Source of the DNA: Narcine bancroftii
Taxonomy: Eukaryota
Assembly: GCF_036971445.1 (NCBI RefSeq)
Contig: NC_091482.1
Location: forward strand, 46,066,001 to 46,130,000
Length of the DNA stretch: 64,000 bases
Reading direction: 5' to 3'
Made by a program: the position numbers and the translations under genes. The notes under the pieces were generated by a model. It worked only from the letters and a program-made list of their open reading frames with translations, was not told where the DNA came from and did not search any database. Of the stretch, positions 23,719 to 37,164 are shown piece by piece (position 1 is the first letter of the stretch; every line of letters starts with the position of its first letter).

Positions 23719-24899
23719 AAATATAACTCACAAAGTTATGTCAAATCCTGTAAACTCAGGATTAGGAGGGGTAAATACAAGAGGACATGGCTTTAGGGTG
23801 AAAGGAGAAATGTTTAGGGGGAACAGTGGTGGGAGTTTGGAACGAGCTAACATCTGACGTGGTAAATGTGGGCCCTCTCAAGAATAAATTGGATAGATAC
23901 ACGGATGGGAAAGGTCTGGCGGTGGTGGAGGGGGGCAGTTATGGAATGGGGACAGGTCTGTGGGATTAGCTGAATGATGTTTTGGCACAGACTAGAAGGG
24001 CCAAATGGCCTGTTTTCTGTGCCGTAGTTTTCTATGTTTCTATGGTTAGATATCCTTATTTCATTTATTTCGCTTAAGCTTCTCCATCTGTTTCTGTCAA
24101 CATTTCTTTTCTCTGAATTTATACAGGGATATATCAAGACCCACGATATTTATCTCCATATGTACTCCATCATGGTTAACAGTCTTTAACTCTGACAGAT
24201 CTCCTAAGGTTGAGCTTTAACCCTCTATGTTAGAAGCTGTTTAGATTCCAGTTCATTTGATGCAGCTTTTTCCACATAAAGAAGCAGAAATGCTCTGGAT
24301 TGTGTGTTCCTTGGCCAATTGAGGATTGTTCCATGTTATTTAAGAGAAGAGGGATCAAGAGGAGAAACTGTGTGCCTATCCCTTGACACGGGCTGGTTGA
24401 AATGACAGGATAATGCCAGTGAATGAACGGCCGAGGGAAGGTGGCCAATGTCCGACTGGTGCTCATCCACACATCTCAAAGTGTTCCGCTTTACAGATCT
24501 TCAAACATGCCCAATCAACCCCTTTGATTTAAGATCTTAGGTGACCGAGGAGAACACGGAGCTTGAATTACAGAAAATTAAATTGCTGCTAATTTAAAAA
24601 ATATTAACCTTCAGACCAGGAGTTCATTTCAATGGCTATTACATGGACAGAAATCTAATGTAATGGATTAGATCCATTTTCCACAATGGCTTCACAGACA
24701 GGTCTTAAACCTAGTCCCATGACTAAAGTGTCTGTTTGGGCTGTCTTAACTCAAAGCAACTTGCACAAACTTATCTTAAAATAGTCGTAGATTTAGCCTG
24801 TTCTGGGTTAAACAGAGCCAATCACAAGACGAAGGCCTAGAACTACTCTAGGACTAAATTGAAGCTTAAATTAATCCTTCAAAGAGGCAGGTTTAACTT

Positions 24900-26450
24900 C
24901 TGCTTAGTGCTGTTTGTGAGGGAGTATGGAGTCTTTGGAATATCTTAATGAAGACCAACCTACACTACAGAGGCCAGCCAGACGAGTATTTGTGGAAAGA
25001 AGTGATCCATTAAATTACTTGGATGGGATAACTTTTCAAGACTGCTTTCGTAGGTACAAAGAAAGTGCATTGGAGATAATATCTTTGCCTTGAGCCTAGA
25101 CCTTCCTCTCCATCTCAAAGAGGAAGGCTTTTTACCAATTCTCTCCAAGTTCGGATCACTTTGAGGTTTTTTGGCATCTGCAATCTTTCATCTTGAAACT
25201 GTTGATTTGTGTGGTGCCAGTGAAGCAACTCTGTTTAGAATAGTTCACAAAGTCGGCAGGGCCATTTGTGAACAGAGGAGTCTTACGTCAGGTTTCCTGA
25301 TGCTACTGGCCAAGACAACTAGAAAGTGCAATTCTATGAATATGGGCACTTCCCAGGAGTGACTGACTGTATAGATTGACCTCATGTTACCATCAATTGT
25401 CCATCAACTCCTGATTCTGAGGAGTAGAGGATCCATTTCCATCAATGCTCCGGGTGTATGCACTCCTCATTTAGAGTTTTCAAACATTGTTACCCATTGG
25501 AAAAGTGAAACTCACGATTCAAGGATTTTTCTCAATTCTTCACTCTGTTCAAGTTTCAGAGAGGACAACATATTACTTGGTGACAGTGGATAAGGTCAAA
25601 GTAAATTTTTAATCACTCCATACATAAATCTCACAACAGCGGAGCAGCAAACATACAACAGAGCTCGTAAACAAATAACTGGAGCTAGATTCCCACAGAA
25701 TCCAATGTTATTTTTACTGGGAGATGAATGTGTATCAAGTGAAATTTGTTCAAATTGCCTTGGCAACAGCTAGAAAATGTATTGCTATAACTTGGAACTG
25801 ATACTGATTTGGGAATGGAGAGATGGCAGAAGTTCGGAGTTGAATTCCTCTTGAGAAAATTACTTACAATTTAAGAGATCAATATTACATTTTTTATGAA
25901 CTATGGAGCCCGTATTTACAAACTGTTGGAATTAAAAGTTAAATGAATCTCCAACATTCCCTTTCTCCTATGAATATTTATATGTTTAAAGGTTTTGTAA
26001 AGTGAAGTGCTCCTGCTGTGGCTTTCTTGTCCTTTTTCTTTGTTTGTAGGGGGGGTTGGGGGGAGGGAGTGGGGGGATTTAGGGGAGGTTTTTTTTTCCT
26101 TTATTTCTTTACTTTTTTCTTTCTTTGTTTTTATAAAATTCCACATGTATTAAATTTGGATTAAGTTTGAACTATTGTGATATGTTTGATCAGCGGTTTC
26201 ATATTAAATAGTTTTAAAAATCAGAGCTCGTATCCACCCTAGAGGGTATGGTAAAATCGATTCCAGTGTTTACGCAATACACTTCGTTCAAACTAAGTAA
26301 GATGCTGCAAGGTGATCGTTGCTACAGCCGTGCTGTCCTGATCCTCCAATGGAAGATCAAGATCAGGCAGATGTGCCCATGGCTGGGGCAGGCAATGGGC
26401 AACGAGGACTTGCGCATGGAATTGCTCTCACATTGCAGCACCTCAACTAG
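24900..26450 (+). pseudogene. Harbinger (HARBI1-like) DDE transposase pseudogene, split by an L1 insertion
   Basis: GHFPGV..CID, SIN...VC...F..IV..W...THDSRIF.NS.L and LLGDSG motifs with stops and frameshifts. Confidence 0.85.
25670..26221 (+). mobile_element. 5'-truncated L1 inserted in the Harbinger transposase
   Basis: ORF2 C-terminus (LATARKCIAITW, IPLEKITYN); ATTAAA and short A tail; 11-bp TSD CAGAGCTCGTA (25659-25669, 26222-26232). Confidence 0.85.
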
Positions 26451-26625
26451 ATGAGATGGAGTTAAATATGGAATGTATTCATTAGGGCTTATTTTCACTT
26501 TGATGATGTTTCTCCTGTACAAAATTAAAATAAAGTGTGACTAAACCAAGGCTGGTTTAAAATATAGTTTGTGGTGATTAAAATATGAATATCCAGAAGA
26601 CAAAACATTTAATTTTTCACCTATC

Positions 26626-27526
26626 TTATTGTTCACTGTGGCTGGTGAACACAATCGTCTCATCACTGATCCATTTTTGGATCCTATTTCTCTCTTCCAA
26701 CTTCATATCCAATTCAACCAGTAGAATTCTCATTTCCATTTCATGTTCTTCCTTCAGATGTTTCATTTCATACTCATGAAATTCTCCAGCTAACTTTTCA
26801 TGCATGGTCATCTATTTTTGGTCTCTCCATAAAGGTGGTGGCAGCATCTTCTCTCAGGCATGCTACAGCGGATGTGGAGGGTACATGGTCACTGGCTTTT
26901 CCAACCTGTTCCTCTGGAAAAAGAAAGCCATGAGAAGCACAAATAAACTCATGTGGTCTTAGAATGAAAGAAGAATAAAGATTGTTGCAGACAGGGGAAT
27001 ATATTTGCCAAAGGAAGTAACCGATTTACTTTCTTTGGTTTATCTACCATTTGTGCTCAGTTCTTCATCTGAACTGTCCAAATGGTCACTGTCCATCATC
27101 CAGAGGTTGCTGGTGCTCTATTATTCCAGACAACAAGTCTCTCAATCCATCAGTCTTGTCACCACCACCAGGGTTAAATCACTCTCTTCTGATCTCTGCA
27201 TTCTTTCTTTTTAAAGCCAGTTTAAGGTTCTTCCACAAAGTCCATAAAGGCAGATATCATTCAATATGTGATGTCACAAAAATATGAATATGGGAAATGT
27301 GAAATTCTGATAATAATGAAGATATCTCACCTGAAGTTGTGCTGTTCTTGAGGTTACATTTTCAATTTCATTGAATTCACTACAAATTGTGGCCCAACTA
27401 TTTCTCAATAGAAGTAGTACAGTTTTTATGTTCAATAGTTGAAGGATTTGACACAATTTGTTTTAGTAGCATTTTTCTTTTATACTCACTAAAGTTTTTT
27501 GAACCAATTCTTTTTGCCTCTACCAT
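26626..27526 (-). pseudogene. Harbinger Myb/SANT-like DNA-binding accessory gene (intron-containing, disrupted)
   Basis: KNFS...W..I..EFN, then W.NLK...RRE...GGG motifs; coiled-coil C-terminus EHEYEMKHLKEEHEM. Confidence 0.75.
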
Positions 27527-27661
27527 CGTTTTGCCTCAAGATTCACACCAGTAATGGTGTTTTCTATTCCATTCCGGGTTTTTATGAGCACCATTTGACC
27601 AACAGCATGTGCTCATACTTAATCAAGCTTAACCCAGATGTTCTCATTTAAGCTTACTTAC

Positions 27662-27858
27662 TGATGCACCATCAATAACTCCAAATGACTGGAAGTTATC
27701 TAAAACTGATAGGCTTTTATTCACAATAGAATGGAGGCAGATCCATGCAGGTCGACTGTCCTGGACTGGGAAGGGGGGGTGTGGGACAGTCAGCCAATTT
27801 TTCAGGAGTCTGTGGGAGGAGCCACAGCCAAGGGGCATGTCCAGACAGTTTACCACAC
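27662..27858 (-). mobile_element. Short solo Gypsy LTR nested in the Harbinger
   Basis: Minus TGTGGTAAA...AATAAAAGCC...TTATTGATGGTGCATCA; flanks CTTAC/CTGAC. Confidence 0.7.
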
Positions 27859-28157
27859 TGACCCGACTCCAGGACTCCGTAGTCTCCGACTAACTAATCC
27901 AAATTTAAGCCACGTTTATGAAAGCTACTTAAATGTCCTAGTTTAACTAGTACACATTAAGGCCTACTCCTGTCTGTGAAACTGGTCTGTATGTAATTTT
28001 TTTCATTGGATGGAACATTTAGAAAAAATATCATATGTCTTTTTTTAAGAATTCCCCAAAGAGAAAGTTACAGTATGGGGGCCGGTCTATTATTGAGCGA
28101 TGTTTGGATTGCTACCGAATTGGCCTTCATGGCAGAACCTCTAGCACTAGATAGTGA

Positions 28158-28368
28158 AACATGGAAGGTCTGCAGATGCTGTGTTTACACAGAAATGCTG
28201 GAGGAAGGTAGCAGGTCTCACAACATCCATAGGAGGCAAAGATATACTGTATAACTTATATTTTGGGCCCTAGCCCTTCCTCAAGATGTAAATATCAGTT
28301 ATATACCTTTACTCCTATGGATGCTGTGGGACCTGCTGCGTTCTTCCAGCATTTCTCTGTTTTCACTG
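28158..28368. mobile_element. Hairpin-type Penelope pseudo-LTR remnant
   Basis: AATGCTGGAGGAAGGTAGCAGGTCTCACAACATCCATAGGAG vs CTCCTATGGATGCTGTGGGACCTGCTGCGTTCTTCCAGCATT. Confidence 0.65.
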
Positions 28369-29571
28369 CAGCATTCAAATTCCAGGGACCAAATGTTGAG
28401 ATGCTGACGAGGACATAGTGTAAACGCTATGGGGCTTCAGAATCTGCCTTTAATCCTCTATTATTTTTCCCTGAAAAGAGATTTAAAGTCTGGACGGTAT
28501 CTTGTTTTCCTTGCGCTCAAGTGCCTGTGAACCAGGTGGATTTGGAGGGTGATGTAGGACCACCTGCAAAACATGGCTCTGCCTCCTGTTCCACCTACAG
28601 AGGAGCGGGACAAGTGGAGGGAGTGGGGGAGGGAAGAATGGTGGATGCGGCAGGGGCCCCTGGTAACCTCGTTCTTCGGCCACCTCAGTATGCCGGACCA
28701 TCCACCTTATAGAGCTGTGACGGAACTTTGCAAATCCCCTCTCATAAAGAAGCCCCATTGCTACATTTCTTTTCCCTGGACCATCTTACTTTCACATTCT
28801 GAGCATACTGGTGTATTGTAATCTCTGCACAATAAATAGTTCCTGGGATCAACGATCCCATATGGTTTTATTTGCACCATCTTGTAAAGACATGTTGCGG
28901 ATTTCTCAAAACCATAAATTTTCACGAGCACATTTGCTCGGGGACCTTTTCTATTTAATATAACATCACAACAATGGAACAAGATTTATTTTTTAATCAA
29001 TTGTTGGCGCTCAGTAAAGCGTGCAAAGCTTATTGTCCAGCTGATACATTTGTAATGAAAATAATCCACAATGTATAATAAGATCCAGTGGTGTCACTAG
29101 TGTTGGTGGAGCCAAGTGCGATAACTCATGATGTCACCCCCCACCCCCACCCCATGGACCTCCTCCCGTACCAGGACCAAACAGAATCTTCAGCAATGTT
29201 TTTTACTAAATGTTCCTCATAATTCGAATTCCCGTTTATCTCTGGTGTAATGGCAATAGTAGTGAGATAAACAAGGAGAAAAATAAAATTATACCTTTAA
29301 ATTACAATATCATATGCACAGTCTCAATGTATATTTAAAGTTTCATGTGGTTAAAGTGAAAATTCGATAAGAAAACAATGCAATTCAAAATAAAGAACTA
29401 CATCAAAATTAGGTTGATTTTTACATTAAAATTTATTGTTATGTGAGATACATTAATGGATTAGGTTTGCATAATCAATAATGGCCCAAATAATGTAGAA
29501 CTTGTACACGGAAATATAGTCATAATCCCATTAAAAAACCAACAGGAACAAACACACCAACATTTCAGCTC

Positions 29572-31976
29572 TTAGTGAACATCTCGACGAATTCCAAACT
29601 TTCCTGCTTTCAAAGCTGCGAACTTGTGAATTACTTCATCGAAATCAATGCCTTTCACCAACTGACTTTCAATTGATAATATCACAAGATTGGAAAAGCC
29701 TTGACTGTCCCATGGTGGTTCGCAAAGTAGTTCTTTATAAGGTTCAGCTTTGAAAAGCTCCTCTCATATGAAGCCACAGACACATGGATCGTCAGAAATA
29801 ATTTTAGGCTTAGTGAAGGGGTTGAGAGAGATTCTGCAAAGTCCCGTTCAATTATGTATGTCAAAATATCTAATATTGCCCAATCTTTAGCTTCTTCCAG
29901 ATCAATCTCTGCTGCTTTCAGGTGCCTTCTCAGCTTTGGTATTTCTATTAGAAGCTCACTCTCAGATTCCTAGAAAGTGGTCAGTTTTGGAATGGACACC
30001 TTTAACTCTTTGTCAGTGGCAGATATGAGACTCTTCACTTGAACAACCTCAAACGTGGCTGCTACTTCCTTGATCTGGAGTTCAGAATGAAAGTGATCAA
30101 TGCATTCAAGCATCGCCCTCTTATTTTCCTCTTGCAGAGTGAGCCATCTTCTTGCGTTAGACCTGGCACTTCTCTCTACTGCAATTCCATATTCGCTTGA
30201 TTTTAAAAGAGCCCGTTCAATCACATGCCCCACTAGGTAACTGCGCTCCTCGAGCAGAATAAGCCTTAGCACCTCCAGCTTTATCGCCACCTTATTGAGA
30301 GTTCAGCCCTGAGTCTGTAGGCACTGCTGTGTAAGATTAACTTCCTGAAGTACATCACACCGGAAGTACAGGCTACGTGGAAAAGTGAAATCACAGACAG
30401 CAGGCAAAAGCTGCTCCTCTTGTGTCCAAATTTTCATGTGGATCACAAAGAGGTTCAATCGCCGTCACAAACTTATCAAACTTTTCTTTAACTGGATTAA
30501 ACTGCGTCATGATAAACACTCCAGCATGTTGCTGAGCTTTTTCAATCCAGTGTGGTCAATTAACACATCCCATCGATTGGTGGAAGCGGCAAAGAAAGAA
30601 AATATTGTCTCAAAAGTTCCAAAAAATATCACACACGCTGCATTTTCAGTAAAAGAATGCTGACACACATCCATTAAAAATAGCTTTCTTGTTGTCTCCC
30701 TTAGGAATGGCTTCTGCACCTCCGTGGATTCCAGCCATAGTGGCAGGATTATCGTAAACCTGAGCGCAGCTCATCATTATGTCCAGTCCATCACTTTCCA
30801 GCTTTTTAAGCATGTCAGAACTGAGGTCAGCAGCTTTTTCCCCCTTTCAAGGGGAAAATCCTAGAAGCACTTCTTTCATGTTCCTATTGTTGAGTTTTAC
30901 CTATCTGATCACTTCGGCATCTGGTCAGTACGTGATGTGCTGTCGAACATGACCCCAAAGTACTTTGCAGACTTTCTGTCCGTGACAAGCTTCCCCTTCA
31001 CATGATTTGCCAGGACTCATTCTGAGTTTTTGGTGCAGGATAAGAGGCTAATACTTTAAGTTGACCATGTGCTCCACTTTAAGTTGACCATGTGTCCCAC
31101 TTTAATCTCCTTTAGCTGCTCTTTCAGTAATGAATCATATTTTCAAAGCATCTCCACCATCTCAGGAAAGTTCCCTCTATTCAATGAAGATTTGCCTTCC
31201 TAGTGACCGCAGAATGCCAGATTCTGCTCACATGAAGCAATGTGATATCAAACAATCTGTGCAAGGTGTCCCTCCATTTTTTCTTCTCCATCAAAGCAAT
31301 AGTTTTGGTGTCAAGGGTTTTGTGCAGCCTCAGTCCTGCTGCCAATGCTTTCCACTTTTCAAGGTAACCAGGGGTGCTCCTGAAACCCAGTCACAAATTT
31401 GGATGTCATATCTGTGGCACTGACACCAACCGGTCGGCAGCAAAAACAGTACAAATTCTCGCTGACAAACGACCGCAAAATTTTCTCACCGTTTGGCATC
31501 ACCTGGTTAAAACCACTCTTTCGAAAGCTGGCGCATACCTCCCTTTCTTTTTGCCCCTTGCCTTGCCACAACACTGAAAGGCCCATCTTTGTCTGGAAAG
31601 AAGCAGTTCCCCTTTTGATGATTTCAACCCAAAAAGGATTTGGAACTGGTATCTACCAGAAACATCACATCAAATTTGCAAATCTTTCTCCTTAACGTCA
31701 GTCATCTCATTCACAGTATCATGGCTAGGGTTACGTTCAGCACTCTCTTCTGCTTCAAGTTCTGCCATTTCCACTCTTTGTTCTTCTACAGAATGCAGGT
31801 TAGCATCAGAAGAATCAGCTTTATTAACTGGAGACTGACAACCCCTGGCCATCATCTAGTCTTTTATTGATGTAGCGAAGCATAGAACCAGCAAGTGTTT
31901 TGAGTGATTTAATTCTTGCCCCTTTTTGTTTCCTTTGCTGGCATCCACTTGGCCTCTTTGTTATTGACTTATACAT
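29572..31976 (-). pseudogene. hAT transposase pseudogene
   Basis: N-terminal SGCQQRK, YCFCC zinc-finger-like motif, FFAASTNRW and dimerisation motif SVASYERSFSKLNLIKNY; many stops and frameshifts. Confidence 0.85.
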
Positions 31977-32127
31977 TCCTTGAGGCATGATAGAATATCC
32001 CTACACTTAAAAAAAACAAATTAGCAATATTTGAAAAAAAATATATAGTTGTAAAAACATAGAATAATATATAATAAATATAGTTGTAAATTGCTTCAAT
32101 GTAATATTTCTTAGATTATATGAATAC

Positions 32128-32929
32128 TGTGACAGAGTATATAGAGGTGTTTGGGAGATTAATTGGGAAAGGTTTGTTAGAGCAGGTCACACACAAACAC
32201 TTTAAAACACAGAATCTTTTCAGGAGCTTTTCCAAGAGAGCTCAGTCTCCTGATGGTCTGTTATTTGCAAAAGGCAACAAATGTAACAACAGGCAGTAGC
32301 AACTTTGTCTGGAAAACAGAATTTACTGTCTGGAAGGTCATGTTTTGTTTGCAGGCAGAGTGCAGAAGAAAAACAGGCTTTGNNNNNNNNNNNNNNNNNN
32401 NNNNNNNNNNNNNNNNNNNNNNNNNNNNNNNNNNNNNNNNNNNNNNNNNNNNNNNNNNNNNNNNNNNNNNNNNNNNNNNNNNNNNNNNNNNNNNNNNNNN
32501 NNNNNNNNNNNNNNNNNNNNNNNNNNNNNNNNNNNNNNNNNNNNNNNNNCAGTTGTGGAAAGATTGCCGGGAACAAAAAAAATCTCTCTCTGAAAACCAA
32601 CAAGAACCCTTCTGAGTGGTAACTACTTACCTGTTAAGCACCAAAGTCTGGTGAATTTTATTAATGTTAACTTCTGTGCACAGTATAAGCATTGCCTGCA
32701 ACCAGTGAAATTGGGCTCTGAACCAAAGAACTTTCCTGAACTTACACACACATTACACACACGTGTGCTTAGAATTAGAAGGGGGTTAAGTAGGTTAGTG
32801 AGTCAATAGAGATAAGTTAAAGATTGATTCTATTTTCATGTTCAAAGATAATTAAAAGCAACTTTTGTTGGTTGGTGTTTGTCGTGGTGAACATCTATTG
32901 CTGCTGGGGGGTCCTCTGGACTCGTAACA
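32128..32929 (+). mobile_element. Solo LTR, long family A, nested in the hAT; contains gap 32383-32549
   Basis: TGTGACAGAG...CTCGTAACA; perfect TSD ATAC. Confidence 0.9.
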
Positions 32930-33041
32930 ATACTAACAACAAAATAGTTTTGTAAAATCTTTCTACATTACTTTATTAGTAACTGAGCAGAAGCCTTATT
33001 TAATTTTTCTCCTTCTTTTCCTGTAATTACTTCTTCATTCT

Positions 33042-33352
33042 TTTTTTGTAATTTTTTTAAAATTTAATATTTCACTGTGAACTACTTCAATAACAATATA
33101 TACAAACATTCATCATTAAAATATATACAGTGACATTTTCCCCACCTTCCCCACCCCTATAACATAAAGCAATAGTTAAAAAAAAGAAAAATAAATAAAC
33201 AATAAAAGAATACAAAAGAGAAAAAAAAGAAATTGTGTCGTCCTAAATTCCATATTTAAGTTTTTCGTACTTGTAGTTTATCAATTTAAGAGATGGAGGT
33301 CTGAAAATGGTGGTTTCTGGTATACTCTATGTATAGTTTCCATTTAATTACA
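33042..33352 (-). mobile_element. L1 3' end nested in the hAT
   Basis: Poly(T) and L1-like 3' UTR; approximate TSD AATTACT..TTCATTCT. Confidence 0.55.
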
Positions 33353-34184
33353 AATTACTATTTCATTCTCAAAAATGTTATAGATACAGGTTCACAAATA
33401 CTAATTACCACAATATTGTAGCTGAAACACCATAAAATTTGGCCAAAGCAGCGACTATAAAAACATCAGCATCAACGATAACAGCGCGTGCTAGTAGCGT
33501 GTGGAGAGGAAACCACGTGGTTCGAAGCATCGTCATTGGGTAATAATGACAGCTCTGACCAGAGTGCATTAGAAGGTTGAAAAAGTAAATGAGCATCGAG
33601 TTTTTAGCCTTGTAAGTACATTGATACATGTAAGCTGGGCTTACAAGAAATGTTTTTATTGCTGTAACTAACTGCAGGGATATTTTTATTTTATTTTAAA
33701 TATGTTTCCACTGAAACATTGCAAAAAGAATTTTATGGACAGTCATTTTGGTGTCACCCCCCTCTGATGGTGTCACCTGGTGCGGTCCGCACCCCCCGCA
33801 GCCCCCTAGTGATGCCAGTGAGAAGATTAACATAATTTCCTCTGTCCCAGACTGTGGTTCTTAATCCTGGTCTTGACCAGTGTATGTTCTATCTAGAGGG
33901 GAAATGTATTGAGAGGAAGATGATCCCATGATTTTCATCTCATTTTCCCAATTCAAATGTCATTGCTTGGATAACTTTTGGGTAAGGCAAATTACCTCAA
34001 ATGAAATGCGACAAACCCCAACTGCTGATTTCTCACTTGGTGAAGGAGTGAAGGTTTTCTGAAGAATCTGACAGAGAGTAAATCACATGTCTAAACATCT
34101 ACTATTCAATAGATTTTCTTAAAGCTTTGTTTCCCCCCCCAATTCGGGGAGAATTAGTAGAGTTTGGGGGGAATTGTTTCATTC

Positions 34185-34752
34185 AGCCCAAATCTCCCAG
34201 TGACCAGCCACTTTACTTTCCCACAATGACATGTCCATCCACTGACTACTGTTCTCCCAAGTTGAGGCCACGTGCTTCTTAGAAGAACATCGGCTTTATT
34301 CCACCTCAGCATTCTGCAACCAGATAGCATCAATATAATCTTCTCCAATATCTGGTAATCTCCCCCCCCTCCTCCTTGCTTTCCCTGATCCCTCTGACCC
34401 CATTCCTTCTTCTCTTACCCCCACCATCCATATGCCCATCTTCCTTACCTTTATTCCTATCGCTCCTCACCTCTTGCCTCCATTCCATGATCTACTGATC
34501 TGCTATCAGAGTGCATCTTCCTCAGACATCCACCTCTTCCTCCTATCTCCTTGCTTCTTACTATTTCCCCCATTTCTCCCTTCCCACCTGCCATCATGAA
34601 TCACCTTGTGCTCCTCCTCCTCTCCATGCATTTATTTGGGTGCCAGCCCTCTTTCTTGCTATACCTGATGAAGGGTTTCGGCCTGAAGCATCGACCATCT
34701 ATTACCTTCTACAGATGCTACCTGACCCATTGAGTTACTCTAGCATTTTGTC
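34185..34752 (+). mobile_element. Penelope-like element 3' fragment (GIY-YIG end and pseudo-LTR)
   Basis: PV.SHF...LEEH.L.FHLSILQPDSIN resembles the PLE GIY-YIG C-terminus; CTGATGA...GAA core at 34665. Confidence 0.7.
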
Positions 34753-34753
34753 T

Positions 34754-35702
34754 TGTTACAAACCCAGAGGACCCTAAAACCCGGCAGCAATAGATATTCA
34801 CCACGACAAATGATTACTTAAACAAAAATTACTTTTAATTTTCTTTGAACATGAAAATAGAATCAAACTTTAACTTATCTCTATTGACTTAACCCCCTTC
34901 TAATTCTAAGTGCACGTGTATGTAATATGTGTGTGTAAGTTCAGAAAAGTTCTTTGGTTCACAGTCCAATCTCACTTCTCATTCTTCCAAGTTCACTGGT
35001 TGTAGGCAATTCTTACACTCTGCACAGAATTTAACATTTATAAAGTTCACCAGGCTTTGGTGCTTGAAAGGTAAATGGTTACCACTCAGGAATGTTCTTG
35101 TTGGTTTTCAGAGAGAGATATGTTGTTCCTTTTTAATCAGCCACTTCAGTGTCTTGCTGATTAAACTTGCCCCTTCAGGGTTCTCCAGATGATAACCTCT
35201 TTCTTTCAGGTCACACAGAGTTCCTTTCTGTTTCTCTTATTCCAAGTGAAAAATTAGACAGCCAGTCATCTCCTCTTTCATGAACCACAAGGGCTTTGAC
35301 CAAAAGATTGCCAGCTTGTCCTGTTCCAGTACCAGGTGCTGTCTTCTGGCTGTAACACTGTAGAAGTGTGTGTGTGTGTCTCTCTCTCTCCCTCTCTGAG
35401 AGAAAAGCCTGTTTAACTCTCTCTGCTTGCAAAACCATATGACCCATTCAGAACAGCAAGTTCTCTCCTAGACAGCAGTGGCTCCAACATGCTCTTTCAT
35501 CTGTTGCCTTTTGCAAACAACAATCCATTAGTGAAGACTCTTGAGCACCCTTCAAAGGCTCTCGCAAAAGCTCTGGTGCCGATATTTCTACCGTGGGGCA
35601 GAGCTCTAGTATTTTAAATAAGATCTGTTTTATGACCTACTCTAACAAACTTTTTCCAATTTATCTCTCAAAAACATATATATCTCTATGTACTCTGTCA
35701 TA
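34754..35702 (-). mobile_element. Solo LTR, long family A
   Basis: Reverse complement of family A; flanks GTCT/GTTT. Confidence 0.85.
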
Positions 35703-36142
35703 GTTTCTTGCTCCAATTTCCCAACATCTGCCACCTTCCCATCTACTTCTCAGTCGTGCCTTACCAAGCAGAAGGAGACCAGTTCATCATTCCATTAATG
35801 CTCCTTATAAAGTGCACCCATTCCACTTTTCTCCTTGCAATCAGTCCTGTCTCATATATCCATCGCAGAAAAGTGCAGAGGTTTGACTTGCAGTTGGCAG
35901 ACAGAGAGAATCAGTGCCACAAAGAGGTTGGGATGGTTATCTCAACACCCAATTACTACAATGCAAAGAATTCCGTTACTCGACCACCAGGAGATAATCT
36001 TTAAATTGACTCCAAATACATGATTCCCAGACAGATCTGTTCCCCTTCGGAATTCTATTCCACTCTCTCGAAACGTTACTTGACAAACTTTCCATGGGAA
36101 AGGCATGTTAACACTTAGCTTACTGTAGAATCTATAATCGGC

Positions 36143-36400
36143 TGGCACGAAGTTGAGCACAGTGATTAGGCGCAATGCTGTTACAGCGCTGACAACCTGG
36201 GTTTAAATCCAATGCTGTCTGCAAGGAGTTTGTACATTCTCGCTGTGTCTGTGTGGGTTTCCTCTGGATGCTCCAGTTTCCTCCCACCCTTCAAAACATT
36301 TGGGGGTTGCAGGTTAATTAGGGTACTTGGGCAACATGGGCTCTTGGGCTGGAAGGGCCTGCATGTCTAACCATGCTGCATGTCTAAATTTAAATTTAAA
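36143..36400 (+). mobile_element. HE1-like V-SINE
   Basis: tRNA-like head, V-domain and (TAAATT) tail. Confidence 0.75.
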
Positions 36401-37164
36401 AATAGAAATTGTTTTGAGGGAGGTTGGTATCATGCCTTAGAACCAAGACAATAATATTAAAAAGGAACATTTTCCACCAGAGTTAGGGTTGGATTTGATA
36501 CAACGATGTGTCCTCAAACCCTTGTCCAAACAATTAGCTCTTTCCCTGTTACAATACCAACGTATGGAAAGTAGCAATAAGAATTTCCATAGCTTGGTAG
36601 TCAGAAGTTTGGACATCTCAATCGGTGAGATGTAGGGGTGGAATGAGCCCATACGGCCCATCGAGTCTGCCCCATGACTGATTTCCTATCCTTTTCAACC
36701 CCATTCTCCTGCCTTCTCCCTACAACCCTTGATTTCCTTGCTTATCGAAAACCTGCCTGTACCCAATGACTTGGCCACAGCTGCCTGCAGATTCACCCCA
36801 ATTTGGGTGAAGAAATTCCTTTTTATCTCTGTTCTTACTTTCTAGTTGCCTGCAAACAGAACCGACTGACTGATAATCAATAACAAACATGTAGCTCTCG
36901 ACATTGAGCAAGGCCCATTATAAATCTGTTCTCTTATCCAGTCAGTTGCTGGGCCAGATGAATGACTTCCTCTAAGAATGGAACATATCAGGTCATGTAA
37001 GAAAGGAAAACATGGTTAGGTTCACTAATTGTCCTGATCAGGTAAATGTGCAGCATGACCTGACAACATTTGGGCTGATAAGTGACAGGTGAATATTGCA
37101 TAACATTCATACAGTCAATGAATGTCTCTCATTAGAGTCCAATCATTTTTTGCTCTATGTTGAA

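Larger units (their letters stand above)
24670..27988 (+). mobile_element. PIF/Harbinger DNA transposon (decayed, two convergent genes) with nested L1 and LTR
   Basis: TIR core TTCACAGACAGG at 24691 and inverted at about 27969-27980; transposase and Myb-like pseudogenes inside. Confidence 0.85.
29086..33820 (-). mobile_element. hAT DNA transposon (Tip100/ZMYM1-like), decayed, with nested LTR and L1
   Basis: TIR CAGTGGTGTCACTAG / CTAGTGATGCCAGTG; 8-bp TSD ATAAGATC/AGAAGATT; subterminal GGTGTCACC repeats. Confidence 0.85.

Noticed and set aside
31053-31103. Short tandem duplication ACTTTAAGTTGACCATGTG
   Set aside because: Ordinary slippage duplication inside a dead hAT transposase.
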